Part shown: one piece after another, positions 37,773 through 48,700 of the stretch
Numbering within the stretch: position 1 is the first letter of the stretch
How the letters are laid out: every line of letters begins with the position of its first letter
Assembly: GCA_052327205.1 (NCBI GenBank)
Contig: CM126235.1
Location: forward strand, 3,286,001-3,350,000
Direction: 5' to 3'
Length of the DNA: 64,000 nt
Origin: Somniosus microcephalus
Taxonomy: Eukaryota
Translations under genes and position numbers: made by a program
Notes under the pieces: generated by a model
The model's database searches: none
Told to the model about the DNA's origin: nothing
What the model saw: the letters and a program-made list of their open reading frames with translations, nothing else

Positions 37773-37960
37773 TCCCCCTGCTCTTCTTCGAAATAGTGCC
37801 ATGGGGTCTTTTACGTCCACATGAGAGCAGACGGGGCCTCGGTTTAACGTCTCATCCGAAAGACAGCACCTCCGACAGTGCAGCACTCCCTCGGCACTGC
37901 ACTGGAGTATCCGCCTAGCTGTATGTGCCCAAGTCTCAGGAGTGGGACTTGAACCCGCAA
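37773..37960 (-). mobile_element. DeuSINE 5' half, split by the LINE
   Basis: Deu domain and B-box (gggacttgaaccc). Confidence 0.85.
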
Positions 37961-39686
37961 CCGCAAATGGTGTGGGTGGAACCCCTGAACACGCACATGC
38001 CGCGCAGTTAGTCTGTGTGCGTACGTTCTTCACATCGGATCTTGCCCAGGCTGAGCAAAGTGTTCAGGGGTGTAATGCTGCGCTCCTGGGTGAGCACATA
38101 CTCTGGATTATTGATGTATATTTTGGAGGTGGCATGGGAAAGATAGACTTCAGAGAAATTGCAATGTGGGTGGGAAATTTGAGGGTTTTCTTAATCGAAT
38201 TTCATTTGATAATGGTTTATTTTTAAGGGGGAGGAACTGTCATGGCAGCAGTACGCTGCGGAAAATGTTTGGTGGAATATGATCATATTTGTGGCTGAAC
38301 TGATCAGAAATATTATTTAGTTCTAGGAGCTAATTTGTTCCTGGAGAGAGAGTTTGGGGATCTGATTGGTTGGTTGTTGACGCTCTGATTTGATTGGTTG
38401 AAGGGACAATGGTCTCTGGTTCCATGATCCAGTTGAAGAAACTGTACAAAACGGAAGATTTTTTAACCGATGTAGTTCTGGCACGGACCCTGAGTCCTGT
38501 AGTGTGCTTTTAGTTTAAGCTGCTTATTATTTTGGGCTTTAATTCCGATCCTGGCAGTATGGCATATGTGAGGCGGTTTCCACAGACCAGAGTTAACCAG
38601 GCGCCCACTCCCAGGTGCTGGATTTCTGGGAAGGCCGTTTTAAAAACACCCAGTGCAACAGGCCCAAGTGCCCAGCTGTAAGTGTGGTCAGTGTACAGAG
38701 CAGGGAGACTAGTGAGGAGAAGGGGCAAGTGAGTTTATGTCGCCTAATCATAGTTTTTTTGCAGCAAGTTTTAAACTTGGCACACTGATAACTGATGGCA
38801 AGGGTCTGCAGGGGAAAGAAGGGGTCAATGTAACCACTCTATATAGTCAGTCACCTGTAGGGCTCATCGTGCACTGGACACTGCAGAGTGTTAGTTTTAA
38901 ACACAGAACACACTGATGCAAGGCACAGTTGCAGCAAACTGCATGTGTACCACTGCAGAAGCATGAGTGAATCTGTGCCAACTGTCAGCCTTTAAACTTG
39001 TGAATCCCAGTCACACCCAGACCATTCATTACCTGATGGTTGTCAAGATAAATGAATACAACAGAGTTTGTTACTATGTATAGGATAATTGATTGATTGG
39101 CAATGAGTAACAAAGGATGTATTCAATCGAGTGATTTTACGAGCATCAGCAGAACTCCTGAATTTCAATTACTCCATTAAACTCACCGCCATCCTATTTA
39201 TTATCATTAAAATGTACAGTGTAAGCCACTTGTAGCAGACTTATCTGTGCCAACTTGATTTATCTAGCACTGCTCCTAACCAGAACAGTGCAGACCTGGT
39301 GGAAGTAGATTACCAGCATACTGCTCTGTCTCTGAACCATTCTGAAACTGAAGTGAGTGACGAGTCAGGAGTGCATAAAATGTACTGGGAAGACTCTCGT
39401 ATGAAATGTGGGATTTCCGACTCTCCATGTATGTTTAGTTTTTAAAGCAAACCAGTGCATGGAAAACGGCCCGAGAGTAATGCACATGTTAACGGTGTGT
39501 CGGAACAAACCACTCGTGCGCACATTATTTTTAATTAATTTTGGTTCAGGTGGGCACCATTTGTCCAAATTACTTGAATATCCAAATATACCATCTCTAC
39601 AATAAGTGGAATGCACTGTGTAAGAAAGACAGACTGACTTGCATTTATATAGTGCCTTTCATTACTTTTTTTCCTCTTCTTTCCAG

Positions 39687-39888
39687 CTGGGGTTTCAGTC
39701 AGTCCAGTTCCCTTCCCACAGCCGGTTCTGTGGTTGGTGGGCTAGGCAGACGAGGCCAGCGGCCTTTCCAGGTACCTCCGCGGGGTCTGTCTGCAAACCG
39801 CATGGGCCTGATTGGCACTTCTGCTGCTAGCCTGGGTGGTGTTTCTCCAAGGCATACGCTTAATCCACTGACAAGCCAAGGCAGGCAG
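39687..39888 (+). CDS. SAMD4B: SAMD4B coding exon
   Basis: tttccag|CTGGGG...AGGCAG|gttagt; encodes SWGFSQSSSLPTAGSVVGGLGRR...GGVSPRHTLNPLTSQGRQ. Confidence 0.94.
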
Positions 39889-39984
39889 GTTAGTACATGT
39901 TCCCCGTAATACAAGGGAACAGAAAGTACGGAAGGCGTGTTTTATTCAACTTATTTGATGGAAGTACTGTCAGAAGTGGATGTG

Positions 39985-40175
39985 TCGGGAGACTGGGCAG
40001 TGCAGTGGGTTAAACGCTCGCCTGACTCCTGACTTTGGAGCCAGCCAGATTGATGAGATAAATGTCTTCTCTGTTTCATGGCTGCAAGGGTCTTTCCTGA
40101 AATGAGTTTGGGCAGTGTCTGTCCCATTCCTAGTGGACATGGGCACTGAATGGCAGCAATTGTTCAGAGGCCACA
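39985..40175 (+). mobile_element. Ancient LF-SINE-like fragment
   Basis: tgaaatgagtttgggcagtgtctgtcccattcctagtggaca resembles the recalled LF-SINE core GTGAAATGAGTTGGTGGTCTCAGTCCAGTTCCTAGTGGACA. Confidence 0.45.
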
Positions 40176-41630
40176 CAACGCCTGGTAGGAGATATGAAAA
40201 TGCCACACTGCTGCAGTGTTAAACAACGTTTGTTGACGGGGAGTCTGAAAGATAACGTTCCATTCCCCAGCACTGACGTACTCCACTTTGAGTGCAAAAT
40301 TTAAAAAGAAAACATCAAAAAATAAATGATATTCAGAGTTTTGTGGTCCACCGTCTCTCGTGTGAAAGAGCGAATCAGTGCGAGTGTTCATTTTTGTTTC
40401 CGAACCCGCGGAGTTCTTTTATCAGCTCTCATTAATGAGATAGGTGTTCCTCCATTTGCCAGTTTTGGTATAAACCAAGTCACTGGCGTAATACAATAAA
40501 TTCAACTTCTACATTTTGCTAGCATCAGTGAACCGAGGGAAATATTCTCTTCATACCCCTTTTCTCCGAGTGTTCAAAGTTCTGGAGGAAAAGCAAGTAT
40601 CTTAAAAAAAAAATTTTTTTTTAAAAGTATGCAGTTTATTAAAAAAAAATGGCGAAATTAAGGTTTGAAAGTGCCATATTGCTGGTGAGAGGTGGTCAGC
40701 TTGACTTTAACTGCTACTCATTTTGCTTCTGCTATTTTTAATGACTAAGTGTGATGTCTTCAGCTGTGCCCTTCTCTCCACTGTTTACCCACTACACCCC
40801 TGCCCTCTGGAACTCGTGGCCAGTCTCCTCCACCATTCTCTTTTGGCCTGCTCGGTGTCACAGTTTTGTCCTCCTAATGCAGATGGGCCAAAAAAAATAG
40901 GGTTTGTTACTCTGGCTCTTCTTGACCCAAGCTGTGTTTATAGTGGCCATTAGATGAGGGGGGGACCTATTTGGTTGCCATTTATTACAGAGAATGGGGT
41001 GTTGGACTCCTCCACTCTCCTCTCTCTGGCCATGAGTAGGGCTGAATTTGTGGGAAGTTTAAAATAAAAGTCAATAAGACCATCATAATCACATCAGCCA
41101 TCTCCCTCTGGAAAGTGGGCGTGGACATTGAGTGAGAGACGGATCCAGCTCTGCTCTGGTGTAGCCGAGTCCGACTGACCAGGAGGCTCCAGTACCCTGG
41201 TCTGGCTGGAATCGTAGCCAACCTCGTCTGGTTCAGCCTTTGGGGCACTTGCTACAGGTCTCTGCGCTCCTGCGTTAGGGAAGGGAAATTCAGCCAGGAT
41301 TCCTGTCCTGTTCGCCAACCCGCAATCAATCCCCTGCTGGGGAAGTGTGGGCGCTGGGTGAGGAGGGAGTGGGGACAGCTCTGCTGCCCTCCGCCGTCAG
41401 TTAGCCTGCCAGCACCCACTGTCTAATCTCACATTGGAGAAACGCCACTTGAATGAGGTACCGAAGAGTCGGCTGTGCCCATGGCACTGTAATCCAGCAA
41501 GTGTCGGCACCTTCAGCAAAGTGGGATGAAGAAACTACACCAACCAAGTTCTCATTATTCGCAGCACCATTATATCGTGTGACTACCAGGATGGTAGAAG
41601 GCGAGTGGACCGTGGCCTTTTATCATCTAG

Positions 41631-41990
41631 AAAGAAAAGAAAGACTTGCATTTCTATAGCGCCATTCCCAACCACCGGACACCCCAAAGTGCTTTACAGA
41701 CAATGAAGTACTTTTTGAAGTGTAGTCACTGTTGTAATGTGGGAAACGTGGCAGCCAAATCGCGCACAGCAAGATCCCACAAACAGCCATGTGATAATGA
41801 CCAGATCATCTGCTTTAGTGATGTTGATTGAGGGATAAATATTGGCCCAGGACACCGGGGAGAACTCCCCTGCTCCTCTTCGAAATAGTGGCCGTGGGAT
41901 CTTTTATGTCCGCCTGAGAGGGCAGACGGGGCCTCAGTTTAACGTCTCATCCGAAAGACGGCACCTCCAACAGTGCAGCACTCCTACTGT
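41631..41990 (-). mobile_element. DeuSINE (5'-truncated)
   Basis: Deu domain and tail, colinear with the other copies. Confidence 0.88.
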
Positions 41991-42090
41991 ACTGTCCAGC
42001 AATTCCTATGTTTCTATTATTAAAGAGAAAAATAAATCAAGCTGCAACACACTGCCTGTGAGATTGACATGTTTGCCTTTATTCCTGCAG

Positions 42091-42217
42091 AACCTATGGT
42101 TTGCAAACCCAGGTGGCAGTAACAGCATGCCGAGTCAAAGTCGCAGCTCTGTGCAACGGACATACTCACTACCTGTGCACACCTCCCCACAAGCCATCCT
42201 GATGTTTCAGCAGTCAG
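42091..42217 (+). CDS. SAMD4B: SAMD4B coding exon
   Basis: cctgcag|AACCTA...CAGTCAG|gtttgt; encodes [42 protein letters not shown]. Confidence 0.95.
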
Positions 42218-42329
42218 GTTTGTCGTGTTTTGGTTCTAGATCATTTCCTCCATCGACCTGGAATGGTTCGATTTCCTCCTACAGAGCGGGAAGGTTCACT
42301 GATAATACTGCGGTGCAATTCCGCTGATT

Positions 42330-42592
42330 GGGGAGTCTAGGACTAGGGAACATCGCCTAAATTAGAGCCGGGTGTTTCAGGAATGAAGCTAGGAAACACT
42401 TCTACACGCAAAGGGCAGTTGATGCTGGATCAGTTGTTCACTTTAAATCTGAGATTGATTTTTTTTTTGTTAACCAAAGGTATCCAGGGATACAGGGCAA
42501 AGGTGGGTATATGGGTATATCACAGATCAGCCACGATCTCATTGAATGGTGGAACAGGCTCGAGCGGCTGAATGGCCTCCTCCTGTTCCTAT
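42330..42592 (+). mobile_element. CR1 3' fragment
   Basis: GESRTREHRL...RKHFYTQR; tail gaatggcctcctcctgttcctat. Confidence 0.75.
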
Positions 42593-42740
42593 TTACTTGT
42601 AAGACAGGATTTAGTGTTTTTCCCGCTGCTTATTTCTAAAACTTGGGAGGGAGGGAGAAACTACATGGGGACAGGGAGGGTTTGTATTCTGCCGAGTGTC
42701 CGAGTAGACAGTTTACTGAGACTCTCTGCTGTTTTACCAG

Positions 42741-42824
42741 AATGTCAAGTGCCAGTGACGGAGCCGGAGATTAATACAAGACTGGAGTCTCTGTGCCTCA
42801 GTATGACGGAGCACGCCTTGGGAG
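42741..42824 (+). CDS. SAMD4B: SAMD4B coding exon
   Basis: ttaccag|AATGT...GGAG|gtacgt; encodes [28 protein letters not shown]. Confidence 0.95.
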
Positions 42825-43363
42825 GTACGTTCAGCAGTCATTAATCCAATTCCGAGTAAGAATATTCAGTATTATAAGAGGAAAATATTGCGGGAGGGAA
42901 GGCAGGTTGGTGCAGTGGATTAGATGTTGATTCATCTCTGGGGTTTGGGTATAAATCCCACCCAGATGAAAGTCTCCTCTGTCTGCTGATAGGACTTTTA
43001 CTATGCACGTTACTCGTTTTTTATCTGTGGCTCCGGTTTGGGTAAGGCTGTGCCCCAGTGCCTCGCCCAAGGGAACATTCTTCACCTTGGTAGCTACCCG
43101 CCGTGGTATTGGGGTCAGGGAAATCGCATCTGAGCCTCGTTGGTCCTCCCACGGCCCCCATGTTCAACCAGGGCTCATTTGATCAATCAGCAGAATCACT
43201 GGCTAGCTTGCTTCCTGCCTCGCCGGCCGCGGAGGGGCATTCGATTAGTCCCTCCCCTTCTACCCTTCCCTTAAATCGGTGCAGACTGTGGATTGAATCC
43301 GGGACCTCTGCTGGGTCAGTATGGCTCAGCCCCACCGCGGACTGACGCACAAACCATCAGAAG

Positions 43364-43500
43364 CAATGTTCCTGTTGAGCCGCGCAACAGTCTGGAGCTC
43401 CCGCGCATCCGGCTCACCGGCTTTTAAATGGAAAAGCTGCGCATGCACGGGGATTGGAATGGGCCGCCCACCCCAAAAAAAAATTAGAGGGAACGTTAGG
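43364..43500. mobile_element. hAT-like MITE
   Basis: caatgttcc...agagggaacgtt ends; 8-bp flanks atcagaag/atcaggag. Confidence 0.6.
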
Positions 43501-43716
43501 ATCAGGAGTATAATTTTTTTAACGCGTATTTGAAAAGATTGCTACGATACCGAGTTGCAGTAGTTTGTGCTGCAGCAAAGGCTGAAGCTACTACAACCCA
43601 GGTTTTCCTCAGCAGTGCATGTAGCGGCTGGAATGAGTCCTGAGAACCAAGACTGCTGAAAATGTGACCTCCTCCCCCCCCAAATTCTGCTCTTTTTAAA
43701 CTTCTCCACACTCTTT

Positions 43717-44546
43717 GGGGTCGATTTTCCTGGAGCCGTCAGGCGGGGTTTCAGGCGTGTGGGGTGGGAAAATCCCGAAATCGGGGGTCCCACCACCATC
43801 CCACCCAAAACCCGCCTCCACGTAAGTTTCAGGGGAGGCGGGTACCCGCCCCGCACTGGGACCCGCCAACCTGAGGCGGGATGGGATTAGTGCCAATTAA
43901 CTGCCTGTTAACAGGCAGTTTTTAGCCTAATCCCTATTTTGAGGGGTGTCGTGTGGGATTCCCGATGGCTCCAAACCACGCCAGGTTAGAGCAGGCGAAC
44001 CGTCGGGTTGACGGACTTGGAGGGGTCGAGATGTCGGTGTTCAGGCGAGTGATGGGTGCATGAGTGCAAAGGTAAGTGTGTTTGGTGTGTCTAAAGTGTG
44101 TAAAGAAGTTTAAATTACCTGTACTTACCTTAACAGCCTTTCTTCCTCTAGGCTTCGGGAGTCCATCACTCAGCCGGCACTGAAAGCAAAATGGCTGCGA
44201 GCTGTCAAAAGTGACAGCCTTCAGCTTTCAGTACCGGTGAGATTTCTAACTGAATCTGTGTAGAAGGATTCGGGTTAAAAGTCAGACTGTCAGTGTTTGT
44301 CAGCTTCAAACAGCTGTGAAACGCTGATATTTCATCTGCCAACACCTCTTGACAGATAAAATGTCAATCTGTGACGTCACCTGTTGCCAGGTGGCCCTTA
44401 ATTGGCCTGCTGAGCCCGCTGGGCGGGCTTAACAAGGTCAATCAAGGGGAAATCGCGTGGATTGGCCGGCCGTCGATGTAGGCGGGACTAAAACCCGAAA
44501 GTTGTAGTCCCGCCTCCTTCCCGACAGCTTTAGGAAAATCTACCCC
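43717..44546. mobile_element. Non-autonomous DNA transposon, PIF/Harbinger-like, 830 bp
   Basis: TIRs ggggtcgattttcctggagccgtc / gacagctttaggaaaatctacccc; 3-bp TTT flanks; internal palindromes. Confidence 0.75.
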
Positions 44547-44907
44547 TTTATCTCTCAAATGTTAAAAGTGTATATTTTTATTTTAAACATAGAACTAGCT
44601 GGAATGAGTTATAAAGCACTAAGGAAGTTGAATAAATGTTTTCCATTGAGCTCTGAAATGATGAGTTTTTTGTAATGAATGTTAACTTACGTTGAGTTAT
44701 TCAATATTTGTGTGCTTCGTTCACTCATAAATCAGGTTGCCCAAAGCTTGCAAATTAAAGACCTTTTTTTAATTGAGAAATGTAGGTGAAGTGCAGGACA
44801 CCAAAATTGGAAAGGGTGGGGTAGAAAATGTACACTAGCTTGGGTTTGAAGAGGCAGAAAGTTCTAAGGACAGACTGAGGGAGGTAAGGAATTCCACAGT
44901 TCTAGAG

Positions 44908-45553
44908 AAGGCAAATGGTATGTGGGCCTTCGTAGCGAGAGGGTTTGAGTACAGGAGCAAGGATGTCTTGCTGCAGTTGTACAGGGCCTTGGTGCGACCA
45001 CACCTTGAGTATTGTATGCAGTTTTGGTGCCTTATCTGAGGAAGGATGTTCTTGCCATGGAGGGAGTGCAGCGAAGATTCACCAGACTGATACCTGGGAT
45101 GGCAGGAATGACATATGAGGAGAGATTGGGTCGATTGGGCTTATACTCACTGGAGTTTAGAAGAATGAGAGGGGATCGCATTGAAACTTGTAAAATTCTA
45201 ACAGGACTAGACAGACTAGATGCAGGAAGGATGTTCCCGATGGCGGGGGAGTCCAGAACCAGGGGTCATAGTCTAAGGATAAAGGGGTAAGCCATTTAGG
45301 ACTGAGATGAGGAGGAATTTCTTCACCCAGAGAGTGGTGAACCTGTGGAATTCTCTGCCACACAGGGCAGTTGAGACCAATTCATTAAATATATTCAAGA
45401 AGAAGTTAGATATATTTCTTAAGGCTAAAGGGATCAAGGGATATGGGGAGAAGGCAGGGACAGGGTACTGAATTTGGATGATCAGCCATGATCTCATTGA
45501 ATGGCGGAGCAGGCTCGAGGGGCCGAATGGCCTACTCCTGCTCCTATCTTCTA
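44908..45553 (+). mobile_element. Young CR1 3' fragment (sense orientation)
   Basis: Near reverse complement of 18208-18891 and 61237-61895. Confidence 0.92.
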
Positions 45554-45696
45554 GGTTTCTTGCCGTAGGAGAGGGTGTAATGAGTCTTGATTTCAGTGCA
45601 AGGAGTAAATGGCATATTTGGAAGAGAGGAGAACCGATGGTCATGGCACTGCCCTTTTCTGGTGCTTCACTGAAATGATTTCCTTTATTTTAACAG

Positions 45697-45725
45697 ATGG
45701 AGTGGACAAGACATCGACTATTTAG
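45697..45725 (+). CDS. SAMD4B: SAMD4B terminal coding exon
   Basis: ttaacag|ATGGAGTGGACAAGACATCGACTATTTAG; encodes DGVDKTSTI*. Confidence 0.95.
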
Positions 45726-48700
45726 TACGCTGTACTTCGCTTGTGAACACTTACTGAGAGACTGACATTATACAGCAGCTGCAGGAAATGCCACTGAAGT
45801 TTGAGGGGGTCACTACACCGTACAATGTATATCTTCGCTGACCTTTATTTAACCTTGGGGGAAATAGACCGGTACCCAAACTACTTCCGGTCTGTTTTCC
45901 GGTATATTGTTTTTTTGTTTTAACTTTTTTTCAGTACCCATCTGGTAAAAGGTTCTGCACCGGTACAAATAAATCGTATAGCTCAAAACTTAATTTAAAG
46001 AAAACTGGGAACTAACCTGAAATTAGTGATTGACAGTGTAAGGTGGTGAGCAGTGCTCATGACAGAGAGAGAGGAGACGGGAGCTCTTGGGCTGATGTTA
46101 CAATGGTCTTAACAGAAACCTGTACATGTTGATCGCTGTGCTGTCATATAGGTCTGGTACCAGTGCATGCAGTACTTGGCAGTAGTACAGGGCTGGCGTT
46201 TGTATCTGTCTATCACTAATTTAACCTAAAACCTCTGGTCAACTGTCAAAGTGGTGAATACAAGTTAACCATTAAGAAAGTTTTAAAAATATATATATAA
46301 AAGAGGTGTTCTGTTCTGAAGCCCGCATTACTAAAAAAAAATATTTTTCAGAAACTTGTTGCATTGTCCAATCTGCTCCAGCATACTCCAGTTGAGCTGC
46401 AAAGAGGATTAATTGGTGTGGTGAGCAAAATGGGGAAACAACTGACTTTTTCTGGGATTGTTGCTTATATACATCTGTATATTTGTGCTTGTATCAACAG
46501 CAAAAATACATCTGTGAACGGGCTCCAAAATAGCACGGTTTGGACTGAATTTACTCTCTCTTTCTCAAATGCTTTGTGGTTGATGTTGTTTGCCCAGTTA
46601 CTCAACTTATGGGTCGGTAGCAGGAGGTGTCCGTTCACCTCCCCCACCCTCTATCTCCCCCCCCACCCTCGCCCAGAATCTACCACAATGAAGTTCCCCC
46701 TTCAACAACTTAGTCGGTGACTGGGCTCCTGAAGGAAGCTCGATGACTCTCGCTCATCTCATTTGGCTTTAGGTCAGAACGTGATGCAGTTTTTGTTTTA
46801 CTTTTGGAGTTTCATGGACGCTATCTTGGTCTTTTGGAAAGTTGGAGGCGTGCGAGCTGGCTGACTCGCAGAACACTGACGTCGGATGAAGCGCTTGGGA
46901 TTCCAGGAGTTGGAAGTGGTGTTTGACTCCTTCCGGGCGGAATTTCCATGCTCGCGTGGATTTTGGAAGGTTGAAAGAAATGATAGGCTCTGAAAGAATC
47001 TTGTTGGGTGGCACCGTTTTCGACCCCAGTAGCAACGCCTGCAAGCAGTGATAAAGGAACGAAGTGTCTATCCAAAGCCCTCCAGGAGCTGAGCTTTCCA
47101 GTGCCCATCACACGTTAACTGAGCGAGTGTTTCTGGTGTTGGGTCTTGACCATTAGAGACTAGACTGTTTTCCAGCCCAGTGAAAGAATAAACCAGGATC
47201 ATAGATGCTCATCCCCTCCCTCGCCCTCCCCCACCATTGTGTCCAACCAGTCGCCTTCATCTGTGTGTGGAGCTTGCATTGCACACTAAGCTTGTGAAAC
47301 CCAGAGTAGAACACACTTTACTTTCCCCAGAGCTCTTGGTCCGGTACCAGAGCAGCTGAGAATCTTGCTGCAGAAATTCTGGGGTAGGACCTCTCGCGGT
47401 CCCACCCAGGAAACACTCTGCTTACAGTGTCTTCAGATGGAATTGAAGGTCTGTCCTGATGCTTTATGCCAGTTACGCCTGTAGTGAATTTTGCCAATTC
47501 GGAGCTGTTGGGCTGGGTTTTTAGTTTGGGGTAAAGTGAGGGGGTGGGGGGAAAGAGTGTGTGTGAAAGCTGGCGTGCTGCTGGGACACCCCAATTGGAT
47601 TATTGAGCAGTGACACAGCAGGGGAACATCCATAGCTGCTTTGTTTAAGCACCCATGGAGAGGCCTCGGGGAGCGATCAGGCATTCGCAACGTTCTTACA
47701 TCCTGAGAATTCCGTTGTCTGTGATTGCTTTCCAAATGCAGAAGTGTTTTGTCGGCGCGTGGGATGTCGGTGTTTCACTATTTACAAGCACGGTTGCTTT
47801 TCGTGCCTTTCTCATTGACGGTAGGAAACGCCTGAACCTAAATACGCCGCTACGGCACTGCGGGCTAATTACCCCAAAACCAACTGGTGCCCTGCCTCTA
47901 GTCGGGGGGCGGTGAGGGGCGGGGGTTAAGGTCCAGTGCCTCCCCTAATTGATCAAAATGCAACATCTATGTCGACAACAAAAGAACTGTTTTCCGCAGT
48001 TTTGTAATGGTGGTGCTTTCAGAACACGATATTTCTTTTTTGTAATGATGTAAGGAAAGGTAACCTTATTTTTTTGAAAAATTTAACCGAAAAAGCAGGA
48101 AATCGGGGAGCCGTGTATTTGTGTAACCCTCCCCGATCGCTTACAGTTGCATTTAAAGAGAGTTCATAGGTCATAATTTTCCAGCATGAGGCACAAGAAT
48201 GGGGGAGGGCGGGCGGGGAAATGTGTATGTTGTTCAAAGAAAAAAAAAGGTTTCCTGTATATAGTAAATGTATGGAAAGTGAGAATTCTCGAAAGGGTTT
48301 CAGTTGTATAAGGGCCTGTTTATATGAATCACATTTTGGTTTTGTTTTGGAGTCTTGTGGCTTCAGCAAAGAAGGTTTTATGTGTTTACATTTTAGGAGG
48401 GGCGGGATGTACGACACCGGCATGACTTTAAATGACTTTGGATTTTTTTTAATGGTCCTGTCACACTGGTCAACAGATTTGTTCTAAACTTGTTCGTTGG
48501 GTAAGGAATGCTGTTCTAGCTGTCGTCTTGAAGAGGCGCGAACAGGGGTAGGATGACCACCACCTGCTCGGTCCCAAACCAGACTGGGCATTTTTTTTTT
48601 TTAAATAAACGATAAAAATGGGGTCGGTGATATGCGCACCAAGAATGGGAGATGATTGCCCCATGCACAGAATCGCCTGCTCGTGGAAACTCTTTTGTTT

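Larger units (their letters stand above)
33432..37775 (-). mobile_element. Near full-length CR1-clade LINE (5' UTR, ORF1, ORF2, 3' UTR), about 4.3 kb
   Basis: ORF1 zinc finger, coiled coil and esterase; ORF2 APE and RT; (CTATGACT)n-type tail; inserted in a DeuSINE. Confidence 0.95.
1412..45725 (+). other. SAMD4B: Smaug homolog 2 (SAM-domain RNA-binding translational repressor) gene span, 5'-partial, 11 coding exons
   Basis: Exons join via GT-AG with consistent phases into one ORF of 1934 nt ending DGVDKTSTI*. Diagnostic residues match recalled SAMD4B rather than SAMD4A: [24 protein letters not shown], [76 protein letters not shown]. Confidence 0.88.

Noticed and set aside
41842-42090. N-terminal part of the 161-aa ORF overlapping an exon
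   Set aside because: It is antisense DeuSINE and intron sequence; the true exon starts at the acceptor at 42091.
45723-45746. Stop-codon readthrough
   Set aside because: The TAG-T context is not a known leaky motif, and an in-frame TGA follows after six codons.
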